A stretch of DNA of 64,000 bases from Verrucomicrobiota bacterium (GTDB lineage Bacteria; Verrucomicrobiota; Verrucomicrobiia; Chthoniobacterales; UBA6821). Of this stretch, positions 1-8,763 are shown piece by piece (the stretch's first letter is position 1; each line of letters opens with the position of its first letter). Location: assembly GCA_021413925.1 (NCBI GenBank), contig JAIOPL010000015.1:41409-105408 (forward strand), read 5' to 3'. The translations under genes were made by a program, and so were the position numbers. Below the pieces are notes generated by a model. It was not told the origin of the DNA and made no database searches. It saw nothing but the letters and a program-made list of their open reading frames with translations.

Positions 1-421
1 GGAGCAGTCCGCCCAAACCGAGCAGAAGAAGCACGTCTCGCGAGCTCGCGAGTCTGCGACTCCATCCGGCCCGGTGGAGTAGGAAGACACCCCCAAGGAT
101 TGCCGCTGTGGTGCCCAGAGGTGCCATGATGGAAAAGAGAGGGCCTTCACCTCCCATGAGGCAACTGATCCAGAGAGGGAGAGCGATACCAGGAGCAACC
201 CATGGGCCTCTTAGGATCACCGCAGCCAGAGCGATACCGCCGGCCGGCCAGATCAGCGTGAGCGAGTGGCCATCTCCCTTTTGCAGAAGAAAGGTCAGGG
301 CGCCCACTAGGGCGATCGCTCCGGCAACCAAGAGATTCGCTAGACTCAAGGAAGGCAGACTTGCAGGCAGGCTGAATTTCACACGATTGGAGGGCGTGCT
401 GACTTGGGGAGGACGGTTCAT
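1..421 (-). CDS. Integral membrane protein, N-terminal part (gene runs off left edge); MASE1-like sensor membrane domain suspected
   Basis: Absent from the ORF track because it has no in-window stop. Reverse-strand ATG at 421..419 opens a stop-free frame to position 1: MNRPPQVSTPSNRVKFSLPASLPSLSLANLLVAGAIALVGALTFLLQKGDGHSLTLIWPAGGIALAAVILRGPWVAPGIALPLWISCLMGG.... It has several hydrophobic helices and a WPxGGIALAA pattern. This is more plausible than the opposite-strand ORF 108..671. Confidence 0.45.
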   Translation of the reverse strand, partial: MNRPPQVSTPSNRVKFSLPASLPSLSLANLLVAGAIALVGALTFLLQKGDGHSLTLIWPAGGIALAAVILRGPWVAPGIALPLWISCLMGGEGPLFSIMAPLGTTAAILGGVFLLHRAGWSRRLASSRDVLLLLGLGGLL

Positions 422-479
422 CCGGATGGGTGATTTGCGGAGAGGCCTGCGTCGAGAGGACATCGAGGGAGTCGCCAGA

Positions 480-662
480 TTATTCATGACGAGCTCCCTG
501 CTTCTCTCTGCAATAAGAGCCCACGGCCTGTCGGACAAGCTCATCCGGAGCGATTTGCAGATTCCTACAAGTTTCTGTGACGAAGTATTCCAACTCCTCC
601 GGGATTTCGACATCGATTTCGAAGTGGAACGGGGAGGGTTTTTTGAAGTTTTGGTAGGTCAT
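480..662 (-). CDS. Small acidic cytoplasmic protein (60 aa), unknown function
   Basis: Internal ATG (662..660) of track ORF 480..860, 11 nt downstream of the stop of the lipoprotein gene 674..1141. Sequence MTYQNFKKPSPFHFEIDVEIPEELEYF.... No family recognised. Confidence 0.35.
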   Translation of the reverse strand: MTYQNFKKPSPFHFEIDVEIPEELEYFVTETCRNLQIAPDELVRQAVGSYCREKQGARHE

Positions 663-673
663 GATATTTAGGA

Positions 674-1141
674 TTAATTGTTCACCCAGGAGTTCTGACC
701 TGCCGGACGAGAATAGTACGAAGGTCTTGAGTAGGTGGGTACCACCTGGGGAGGTATCGGTGTGGGCGCCATGGTGCTTCTGCATGGTGCTGGCTGCGGC
801 GGGTAGGAGTTCCAAGCCGGGCGGGAGTATGCGCTCCTCTGGCCGTACCCATGGTAGCAACCGGGGCTGGGTGTGTTACAGATAGGCTGTGCAGGAGGAC
901 GACAAGCTCCCCATCTTGGCCAGTTCACCGAGACGAGTGCTGGACTGTATGCGGGGTATTGGTACGTCGGAGCATAATAGCGGGGCACTTCGGGAACATA
1001 AGCAACTGGCTCTCGGTAGTAGGATCCACATGGGGTGTAGCATCCGGAGGTCAGTGCGGAGAGGAGGGCGATTCCGCAGGAGGCAATAAGCGGTTTTGAT
1101 GGGTAATATGGGGACTGCATGGACGCGGTATAAGCCGTCAT
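674..1141 (-). CDS. Tyr/Pro-rich putative lipoprotein
   Basis: N-terminal hydrophobic segment ending in the lipobox-like LTSGC. The remainder is a low-complexity Y/P-rich sequence. Confidence 0.5.
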   Translation of the reverse strand: MTAYTASMQSPYYPSKPLIASCGIALLSALTSGCYTPCGSYYREPVAYVPEVPRYYAPTYQYPAYSPALVSVNWPRWGACRPPAQPICNTPSPGCYHGYGQRSAYSRPAWNSYPPQPAPCRSTMAPTPIPPQVVPTYSRPSYYSRPAGQNSWVNN

Positions 1142-1552
1142 GACTCATCCTTGCAAACTGGTGGCCCCGTTCTATCGCCGCTCGTTATCTGATATCGCCG
1201 TTGCTCATCCCTGCATAACCGTTCATCTGCCCAGTTCGACCATTGGCAGAAAATGCTTCAGGGTGGCTATTTTCCTCGTGAGATTCAGTCTGAGAGAGAC
1301 TGGCTGGTCTCATCGCAGCGCCGAGCTGAGTTGATGTCCCTCATGTATTGAGAATGACCTCGATTCGACACCATGGGTAGCCACCGGAGGCTTTTATCGC
1401 GTAGTCACCATCCCCGCTCACAACGACATTTTTGCCATCCATACGAACCGATTGCCGTTCGACGAAAAACGGCTTTTCAGATGTCATGAAAAAGTCTCTA
1501 CCTGTACGACGAAACAACACTTCACCTCTTAGTCCCACTTAGCCCAAAAACC

Positions 1553-2566
1553 ATGAAAACAATGCTCCCACGCACACTCCTCACCATCCTCGCTCTGAGC
1601 GCTTCGTCGCTCATTGGCACTACTTCCCTCCATGCATTTGTGAAGCCTACCGAAGAGGACGGCCCAAAGCTTCCTCCTATCTGGATGAAGGCAGGCCCTC
1701 AGGAGCGTCTGAAGGCCATCCGCGCCGCAGAGCTTGATGGCGATCGCCTCCTCGCCGAGCGCGTCTATGGCCTCATGGTCGACGCCGACACCAGCGTGCA
1801 GGATCTTGCCCTCCAGAGCGATGCAGTGAAGGGAGCCGTCGAGGCCACCCTCGTTGGCGCGATCACTGAGGGTGAGCCCGAGTTCAAGGATGACGGACAG
1901 GTCCAGGTAGCCCGCGCCGTGAAGATTCAGGAGATCACTCGCACACTCAGCCGTGTTATCCAGAGCAAGAAGCTCGAGGACGGATCGATCGTCACCACCT
2001 CTGACAAATCCAACGTGAATAAGGATGTGAAGGACAAAGTCCTTGATGTCATGGGTAATGCCGCGCTCCCCGGCTCCGAGGGTCAGCAGAAGATCATGGC
2101 CAAGCGTGCCGCCGAGATGGATGCCTACCGCCGCCTCGCAGGTCGCATGATGGGGGTTAAGATCTCCGGCACCACCACCGTCAAGGACATGGCCCTCGAG
2201 AATGACAAGATCCTCGCCAGCCTCTCCCAGACGCTGAAGTCCGCCACCCCTACCGCCATCAAGTACAGCAAGAGCGACGGCACCTGTGCAGTCACCATGG
2301 AGGTGAAGGTCGCCGACGTCATCCGTACTATTCAGCACTACTCCAAGAACGGCGGCGGCAAGACCGAGATCAAAGACGAGATCGAGACCAAGACCTTCTC
2401 AGAGACCGGTAACGGAGCCATGCGCCCCGCAGCCGATCCTAATGCTCCCAAGATCGCCGGCAGCGTCACCTCCGATTCCCCCTCCAGTGGTGGTGGAAGT
2501 GAACCCTTCTACGAGACCAAGGCCGTGCTGAAGGAAGTCGTCCAGACCGGCACCATCGCCCAGTAA
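1553..2566 (+). CDS. Exported protein with repeated LPP20-like modules
   Basis: Signal peptide MKTMLPRTLLTILALSASSLIGTTSLHA. Repeated pattern A-x-R-x-A-E-x-D-x-x-R-x-LAE/AGR-x-x-G-x-x-V/I (RAAELDGDRLLAERVYGLMV; KRAAEMDAYRRLAGRMMGVKI) is typical of LPP20/FlgO-type periplasmic modules. Confidence 0.65.
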   Translation: MKTMLPRTLLTILALSASSLIGTTSLHAFVKPTEEDGPKLPPIWMKAGPQERLKAIRAAELDGDRLLAERVYGLMVDADTSVQDLALQSDAVKGAVEATLVGAITEGEPEFKDDGQVQVARAVKIQEITRTLSRVIQSKKLEDGSIVTTSDKSNVNKDVKDKVLDVMGNAALPGSEGQQKIMAKRAAEMDAYRRLAGRMMGVKISGTTTVKDMALENDKILASLSQTLKSATPTAIKYSKSDGTCAVTMEVKVADVIRTIQHYSKNGGGKTEIKDEIETKTFSETGNGAMRPAADPNAPKIAGSVTSDSPSSGGGSEPFYETKAVLKEVVQTGTIAQ

Positions 2567-2588
2567 GGGGTCCTCTACATTTCAGAAA

Positions 2589-2903
2589 ATGAAGGGAGCA
2601 TATTCCACAGTATCCCTGCTTGCGGCATTGGCCCTCTCGGCTTGTGCCAGCCAGCAGGGCCCTCGCCCAGTGGCAACTATTAAGGGAGCCTATTACGACA
2701 CCCAGGTAGTCTCTAGCGGCCCAGTGCCTGCTGACGATGCCGCAATGAAGCAGAAACCGGGCACCGTTGTCTCGAAGAGGACAGGCTCAGCTACCTCCAA
2801 GACACAGGGCAACGATACCGAGGTGAATTCGACCGAGACCACGACAGTTGTTGGGTCATCCGCTGTGGCCGCTCCGGACAGCGAGGTGAAGATCAGCCAA
2901 TAG
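2589..2903 (+). CDS. Small lipoprotein
   Basis: Signal peptide with lipobox LALSAC, then a Ser/Thr-rich mature part. Lies 22 nt downstream of the previous gene. Confidence 0.6.
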   Translation: MKGAYSTVSLLAALALSACASQQGPRPVATIKGAYYDTQVVSSGPVPADDAAMKQKPGTVVSKRTGSATSKTQGNDTEVNSTETTTVVGSSAVAAPDSEVKISQ

Positions 2904-2997
2904 GCCACCCGTCATGACCCCCTGCAAGCCATTCTCCCGCAGCCGTAACGAATGCCTAGCAACGGCTGGGAAAGCAATCGCGGGGAACGAGGATGCT

Positions 2998-3237
2998 CTA
3001 AAGTTCGGAAAGGATCTCTTCCTTAGAGACGCCCTTGTGGGTGGCGACCAGCCTCAGGATGGAGTTCAGCGTTCCGATGCGCAGAAATCCGTGGGCTGGG
3101 ATCGGCATTCGCTGATGACTCGGATCTTCCGTCTGCAGGATCACATGGCTGCCGACTTGGTGCACGATGGCGTAACCCCAGTGCTTGCACAGGTGTTTTG
3201 CCAGGTCATTCCCAGCAAGATCTCTCGGCAGCTTCAT
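2998..3237 (-). CDS. hicA: HicA-family mRNA interferase toxin
   Basis: 79 aa: MKLPRDLAGNDLAKHLCKHWGYAIVHQVGSHVILQ.... It has the HicA/YcfA pattern including the GSH motif, and sits directly downstream of a HicB-like gene. Confidence 0.8.
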   Translation of the reverse strand: MKLPRDLAGNDLAKHLCKHWGYAIVHQVGSHVILQTEDPSHQRMPIPAHGFLRIGTLNSILRLVATHKGVSKEEILSEL

Positions 3238-3255
3238 CAGCGAGGAGAGGGGAGC

Positions 3256-3471
3256 CTAGGCGAAGGCAAAGCTCTCGTCGCGGACCAGATGCAGCCTGAT
3301 GCGGCTTGGAGCCGAACCGAGAGCATCGAAGAAGTATCCTCGCACGGCCTCATCGACTGCAGCACGCATCGCGGCCCAGTCGTCACCCTGAGTCACGATT
3401 GGTTCCGTCAGGCATTCGGCGACATAGCCGCCATCCGCTTCCTGCGTCACCTCAAAGATCAGCTCCTTCAT
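3256..3471 (-). CDS. hicB: HicB-family antitoxin (UPF0150-like)
   Basis: Start moved to the internal ATG (3471..3469). Sequence MKELIFEVTQEADGGYVAECLTEPIVTQGDDWAAMRAAVDEAV matches the HicB N-terminal fold pattern. 18 nt gap to hicA. Confidence 0.72.
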   Translation of the reverse strand: MKELIFEVTQEADGGYVAECLTEPIVTQGDDWAAMRAAVDEAVRGYFFDALGSAPSRIRLHLVRDESFAFA

Positions 3472-3563
3472 AGGAGATTTCTTAACCCTCTTTCCATACA
3501 ACAGCAACCACTCTTCTTTCCCATCCCTCCTCTGCGTCTTTGCGCGAGTTAAATGTTTTCATC

Positions 3564-4967
3564 ATGATCCCCATGCCCCGCATCTCCAGATCCCCCCGGT
3601 TCCCCATCTTCCAACTGCTAACTCCAATCTTCTTGGGCGCCATCGCTCTCCAAGCAGGAGTGCTGGACGACGACTCCGGCCCTGCCAAGCCATCAGCCCC
3701 CGCATCATCCTCATCTGCTGTATTACCAACAGTCCAACAGCCTAACAGCCCAACAGCCTCGGCCCCTCCTGCCTCCCAGCCTGTTTCTGAAAAGGCCGTC
3801 CCTTCGACTGTCTCCCCCCATAACCTATCACCTAATTCCCATACTCCTGCGAAGCACGCCCCCACCACCGACCTCAGCAGCGTCCCCGACGCCTCCTCAG
3901 TTTCAGCCCCTAACAGCCTTCAGTCTAAACCGCTTCAGCCGGCTCGATCCTCCGGATCGAGCGGCGACCCCTACCTCTCCCTAGCCGAGGCCCTTGCCAA
4001 TGCCGCAGGTGGGAATGGGAAGGTGAATGTCGGCGTCGGGAACTTCCTCTACGAGGACACCGATCTCCTCTCTCCCTACTCGGCCATGTTGAAGGACGAG
4101 CTCTCCATGGGCCTCTCCAAGGAGGGGAAATTCACCGTCATTACCCGCGAGCGCATGGCAGACCTCCAGAACGAGGGCAAGTTCCAGGGCAAGGACATCG
4201 TCGAACCCGGCACCGAGGCTAAGAAGGTCCAGATCGAGGGAGTCCAGGGCATCATCCGTGGCCGCTTCTACTATCAGGCTCCTAACCTTACCATCTACGC
4301 CGAGATCGCCTACCTCGACGGGGGAGAGGTTCATAAGGTTAAGGTCGTCATCCCCTCCTCAGAGGTAGCCGCCCGCATCTGGCCCGCCGATACCGGCAAG
4401 CAATCCCGCCCCGAAGTAGCCATCGCCCCACAGGCCGTCAAGGAGAGCACCGCCTCCATTCAGGACATCGAGAGCAAGGTTCGCAAGGTCGAGAAGAACT
4501 TCCCCCTCGAGATCGCCACCGTTGATGGGAAGCGCGGCTACGCCGAGGGAGAGACCGTCTCCTTCCGCTGCCGCTCCGGACACGACGCCTACATCGCAGT
4601 CATCGACCACCAAATCGACGGCTCCGAGATATTGCTCTTCCCCAATGCCTTCAGCAGCGAGAATTACATCCCCGCAGGGAAGGCCATCGACGTCCCCGGA
4701 ACCGTGAAGCACGGCTTTGAGATCCAGATCTCACCGCCTTTCGGCAGCGATGTCGTTCAGGTCATCGCCTGCACGAAGAAGGAAGATCTTGCGAAAATCA
4801 CCAGTTCCTTCCCTAGCTCCACACAGGCGAATCCCTACGCTGTCCGCACCCGTGGTATGAAGGTCGTTGCCGTGGACGAGGCTCAGAAGAATACCTCCAT
4901 GGAGAGCCAACCTCCACAGTGGTCAGAGGATCACATTGTGGTCAGCACCTATCCGAAGGTGAATTGA
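3564..4967 (+). CDS. Exported CsgG/LpoB-like plus DUF4384 domain protein
   Basis: ATG at 3564 gives a signal peptide (MIPMPRISRSPRFPIFQLLTPIFLGAIALQA), followed by a Pro/Ser-rich linker. The next segment GNFLYEDTDLLSPYSAMLKDELSMGLSKEGKFTVITRERMADLQNE is CsgG/LpoB-like. The C-terminal FRCRSGHDAYIAVIDHQIDGSEILLFPN...FEIQISPPFGSDVVQVIAC matches the DUF4384 pattern, a domain known to co-occur with caspase domains. Confidence 0.7.
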   Translation: MIPMPRISRSPRFPIFQLLTPIFLGAIALQAGVLDDDSGPAKPSAPASSSSAVLPTVQQPNSPTASAPPASQPVSEKAVPSTVSPHNLSPNSHTPAKHAPTTDLSSVPDASSVSAPNSLQSKPLQPARSSGSSGDPYLSLAEALANAAGGNGKVNVGVGNFLYEDTDLLSPYSAMLKDELSMGLSKEGKFTVITRERMADLQNEGKFQGKDIVEPGTEAKKVQIEGVQGIIRGRFYYQAPNLTIYAEIAYLDGGEVHKVKVVIPSSEVAARIWPADTGKQSRPEVAIAPQAVKESTASIQDIESKVRKVEKNFPLEIATVDGKRGYAEGETVSFRCRSGHDAYIAVIDHQIDGSEILLFPNAFSSENYIPAGKAIDVPGTVKHGFEIQISPPFGSDVVQVIACTKKEDLAKITSSFPSSTQANPYAVRTRGMKVVAVDEAQKNTSMESQPPQWSEDHIVVSTYPKVN

Positions 4968-4970
4968 GTC

Positions 4971-5393
4971 ATGGATGGAGAAAATATGAAAATAACGGTT
5001 AAGCTAGATAATAGTGAAACCGTAATGGTCATACTAAGTGCAAGTGATAGTGAGTTAGGTTATTCAGTAGTTGCTAAAACAGAAAAAGGTGAGGAAATAG
5101 GAAAATTTGAATTCAGGCATATAGAAGACGAGCGACATGAATATTTAATGTTATGCTGCATGTTTATTGAAGGATGGGCAGGTGTATTTAAGCGAAAGGG
5201 AATCGGACGAAATATTCTGATTTATGCTAAGGAATTTTATGGTCTCCCAATTGTAGTTGCGCCAAATGATGGAATTAGAAGGGAAGATGGCTGTCATTTA
5301 ACGGGGGATGGCCCAATATTTGTAAACCAAATGATTCGGGAAAGAATTATTTCTCAAGATTTCTCTCCAGAAAGTGATTGCGATGAATGGTAA
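4971..5393 (+). CDS. Small AT-rich cytoplasmic protein, possible minimal GNAT fold
   Basis: 140 aa with no signal peptide. FKRKGIGRNIL resembles the GNAT motif A (R/Q-x-x-G-x-G/A). Stop at 5391..5393 is 4 nt before the ATG of the caspase-like gene. GC content is much lower than in the flanks. Confidence 0.45.
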   Translation: MDGENMKITVKLDNSETVMVILSASDSELGYSVVAKTEKGEEIGKFEFRHIEDERHEYLMLCCMFIEGWAGVFKRKGIGRNILIYAKEFYGLPIVVAPNDGIRREDGCHLTGDGPIFVNQMIRERIISQDFSPESDCDEW

Positions 5394-5397
5394 TAAT

Positions 5398-8300
5398 ATG
5401 AATAAAAACAGTTTATTAATAATTATTGCACTCTTTTTATTGCTAGGCCAGAGCCTAGCGAAAGTCCCCACCCAAGAACAGTGCCGGCAAGAGGCTTCAG
5501 CTATAGTTGATCAGTTGATCAAAACTGAAGTAGCGCGCGATATTGATTCCCAAATCAAACTCTTTGCGCCTGAGGTAACTCAAGATGGAAAGTCCATTAA
5601 GAGAGAACAACTTAGAAAAGAAAATCTATCCTACTACAAACGATGGCCAGTGGCCCAGTGGTTACTACTAAAGCCAGTGGAGGTAAAGCAACTGACTCCG
5701 GATTCATTTGAGGTCATCTATGAAGCGTCCTTTCGGGTTGAAAGTCCAGAGCGGGGAAAGTGGAGCGGGGGAACATTGAAATCCACATTAAAAATAGTTA
5801 AAATTGATGAAAGATACCTGATTCAAGGAACAGAGGATCATGTTTTAGGAAACATCAAGGGCGAATTACAGAGAGATCCGTCCGATCGTGAATTTAAAAC
5901 TACATCCTCAAAGGAAAATCTAAAGCATGATCCAATCGTGGTTTACCAATCAGGTCTCTGTAGAGAACCAACTTTTGCGAAGAATGACTCAAATGGAATA
6001 TATGAGATTTTTGGGAATCAAAATGAATGGTGTCTTGTAGATAAAGTCAGCGGTGTTATAATAGGTAAAGATATAGCAAAAGGTAATGGATATATCGATG
6101 CGAGATTTAGTCCAGATTCTAAAAAACTACTTTTATTTTTATCGGGCCATCATGGCGGCCCCAATTTCTTCGAGCTGCTGGATGTAGATTCTTTCGAGAC
6201 GGATGATTACCTAATGCCTTGTCCTAATATAGAGAATAGGAAAGACTCAAAAGTATTTGGTGAATACAAACTGTCACTTTCAAGTCAAGACGATGGCAAT
6301 TATAGAAGTGTTGCTAAATGGGAAAAGGGAGAACATAAGCTAGGGGTAGATGTTTTCCAGGATGGCAGAAGATCTGCATTAGGAATTACTAATTACCCTA
6401 TAAACACCACTCCCTCTGAACAAAAAATTATTCTATTAGATAGTGTAAAGTATTTAGTAAGCCTTAAAAACAAAAAGACATCTGTTTTTAATGTAGATAA
6501 TATCAGCAAGGTTTTAAGTGTCGATGGAGATGAATTTCGGGTTGACGGAACTACAAAATCAATATCTATACGAAATGGTAGTAGCATAGTCTGTTACAGT
6601 CTGATTACTGGTAATGTCCTGTGGAAAACGGAAATAGAAACATCACCAGAAACTTTTGATTTTCATGATCAATTCGTATTCATAGTAGAAAACAACCAAG
6701 TGTCTTGTCTGAATGTCGTCACGGGGTACAAAGTTTGGATAAAAAAATTAGATGTGGATTCAAACGAAAAAATAAATCAAGTAAAAGTATCTCCTAATAA
6801 AAAGTACATTGTATTATCTTCTGGCGGCTATTTCGGTCATATTTACGTATTAAATTGTCAATCAGGAGATATGCTTTGGAAAGCAGACTCATCAGGAATT
6901 AATGCTTTTAGCAATGATAGTACGCTGCTTTCCTATTCTGTACATGCGGGCTTTACCGATGTTATTATTAAAGTTATTAAGACGTCCGAATGGAAGCCTA
7001 GTGCTGAATATTCTGAAGAAGTAAATGTTCCAGCATATGGTTTCGGTGATATGGTTTTTTCTGATAATTCTAAATCGATTGTTTTCGCGCTTACTGCTTT
7101 TGATAAAATTAGAATTGCTAATCCCAAAATCGGCAATTCTGCTGCATCAAGGTTTCAGGATAAATCTAAATATATTATCAATGATCCTGGTTACTATAAA
7201 AATATCATTTATGACGAAAAATCTAGGCTTCTTGCTGCGTCAGACTCCGAAGGATTCTCAAATATATGGAGCCTATCCTCTGGGCATCTAACTGCGCGAA
7301 TTCTTATAGATGATTTTGCTAATCCATTAAGTTTAACTCCCGAAGGTTATTATCTTACATTAGGAAGTGCTCATAAATGGGTTGGGTTTAGGTTTGATGG
7401 AAGAGGTTATCCTCTCGAGCAATTCGACCTGCGCCTGAATCGTCCTGACATTGTTCTGGAACGATTGGGAGCGCCGAAGGAAGCGGTAGAAACCGCAAAA
7501 TCCCTTCGCGAAAAGCGTCTGAAGCGCATGGGGGTAACTGAGGAAATGCTCAAGCCGGACTTCCATCTCCCTGAGCTTCAGATCGTGGGTGAGGTTCCTG
7601 CCACGACTCCCAAGGATCAGCTCGACCTCCAGATCAAGGCGACGGACGACAAGTATCCCCTTGATCGCCTCCGGGTCTACGTGAACAACGTCCCGGTGAA
7701 TGGCCGCGATGGGGAGCTCCTCCGTGACCAGAAAACGCAATCCCTAGAAAAGACCATCCCGATCAAGCTGGCCGCTGGTCGCAACAAGATCCAGGTCTCC
7801 GTCCTCAACAGCGCCGGTGCGGAATCCCTCTATGCCAATGCCGAGGTGAACTGCACGGCAGAGCGACCGAAGCCCAAGCTCTACGCCGTGGCTCTAGGCG
7901 TCTCCCAGTATGACCGCCCCGAGTGGTGCCTGAAATACGCCGCCAAGGACGCAACTGACCTGATCGGGAAGCTTAAAGCCAAGGCCGGTTCCTCCTACAG
8001 CGAGGTGAAGCCCATGCTCCTGACCGATAAAGAGGTGACCAAGGAAAGCGCCACCAAGATCAAGGAGTTCCTCTCCGGGGCTACCATCGACGATACGGTC
8101 CTGATCTTTATGGCTGGTCACGGCCTCCTAGATGACAAATACGACTACTACTTCGGCACCACCGACATCGATCCGGCCAGACCGTCCGATCGAGGTATGA
8201 CCTACGAGGCGATCGACAACATCCTCGCCTAAGTACCCTCCCTCAAAAAGGCCCTCCTGATGGACACCTGCCACGCCGGAGAACTGGATGACGATGAGAA

Positions 8301-8763
8301 GAAGGAACTCGCCGCATCCGACGGAGCGGCAACCCCCTCCGCAATCCCAGCTTCAGACACCAACTCATCTCCAATGGCAGGCAAAGTCGCCATGCGATCC
8401 ATCGGCACCCGTGGAATGCAGGTGAAAGCCGTGCAAGGAGCCAAAGGGAAGAGCGACTGGTACGAGAAGCTCCAGGACATGTTCGTCGATCTTCGCAGGG
8501 GGAGCGGAGCCACCGTGATCAGCTCCTCTCAAGGAGCCGAGTACGCCTTCGAGAGCAGCGAGCAGTCCAACGGCCTCTTCACCTACTCCCTCATGGAAGC
8601 CCTTGATGGCAAAGCAACACCGAACAAGGAGGGCCAGATCACCATCAGCAGCATCGGCGACTACGTCAAAAAACGCGTCCAGGACCTCACCAAGGGCAAG
8701 CAAAACCCCAACCTCCGAGGAGTGAATTTAGAAGAGGACTTCGCCCTCAGCTCAACGAAATGA
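5398..8763 (+). pseudogene. Exported beta-propeller-like / caspase-like (peptidase C14) protein interrupted by an in-frame TAA at 8230..8232
   Basis: Signal peptide MNKNSLLIIIALFLLLGQSLA, then PQQ/WD40-like repeats (GNVLWKTE, GYKVWIKK, GDMLWKAD), then the constant module. Track ORFs 5374..8232 and 8260..8763 are in the same frame (8260-5374=2886). The intact paralogues read ...ILAEVPSLKK... whereas this copy reads ...ILA*VPSLKK..., i.e. gcc TAA gta versus gcc GAA gta. Confidence 0.7.
7408..8763 (+). repeat. Constant caspase effector module, copy 1 (of 3)
   Basis: Starts at codons YPLEQFDLRLNRPDIVL. Shares long identical nucleotide runs with 16021.. and 22487.. (for example gggtctacgtgaacaacgtccc). 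Confidence 0.9.

Noticed and set aside
108-671. 187-aa plus-strand ORF at the left edge
   Set aside because: The Arg/Pro-rich translation has no features. The opposite strand encodes a convincing multi-helix membrane protein (1..421) and a small gene (480..662).
1529-2338. Long antisense ORFs inside GC-rich genes (also 2914..3552, 9558..10244, 16132..16887, 19128..19813, 51802..52479, 52950..53570, 54964..55512, 61376..61897)
   Set aside because: Each lies entirely opposite a gene with clear motif support. Their translations are Gly/Arg/Leu-rich and low in complexity with no motifs. This is typical of spurious open frames in high-GC DNA.
3540-3563. TTG start for the DUF4384 protein
   Set aside because: The ATG at 3564 directly precedes the signal-peptide-like segment. 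The eight extra residues (MRELNVFI) add nothing and the start codon is rarer.
8260-8763. Independent 167-aa gene starting MDTCHAGE
   Set aside because: It is in frame with 5398..8232, and the 9 codons between the TAA and this ATG (VPSLKKALL) match the paralogues. It is therefore the downstream half of an interrupted gene rather than a separate gene. A functional split cannot be excluded.
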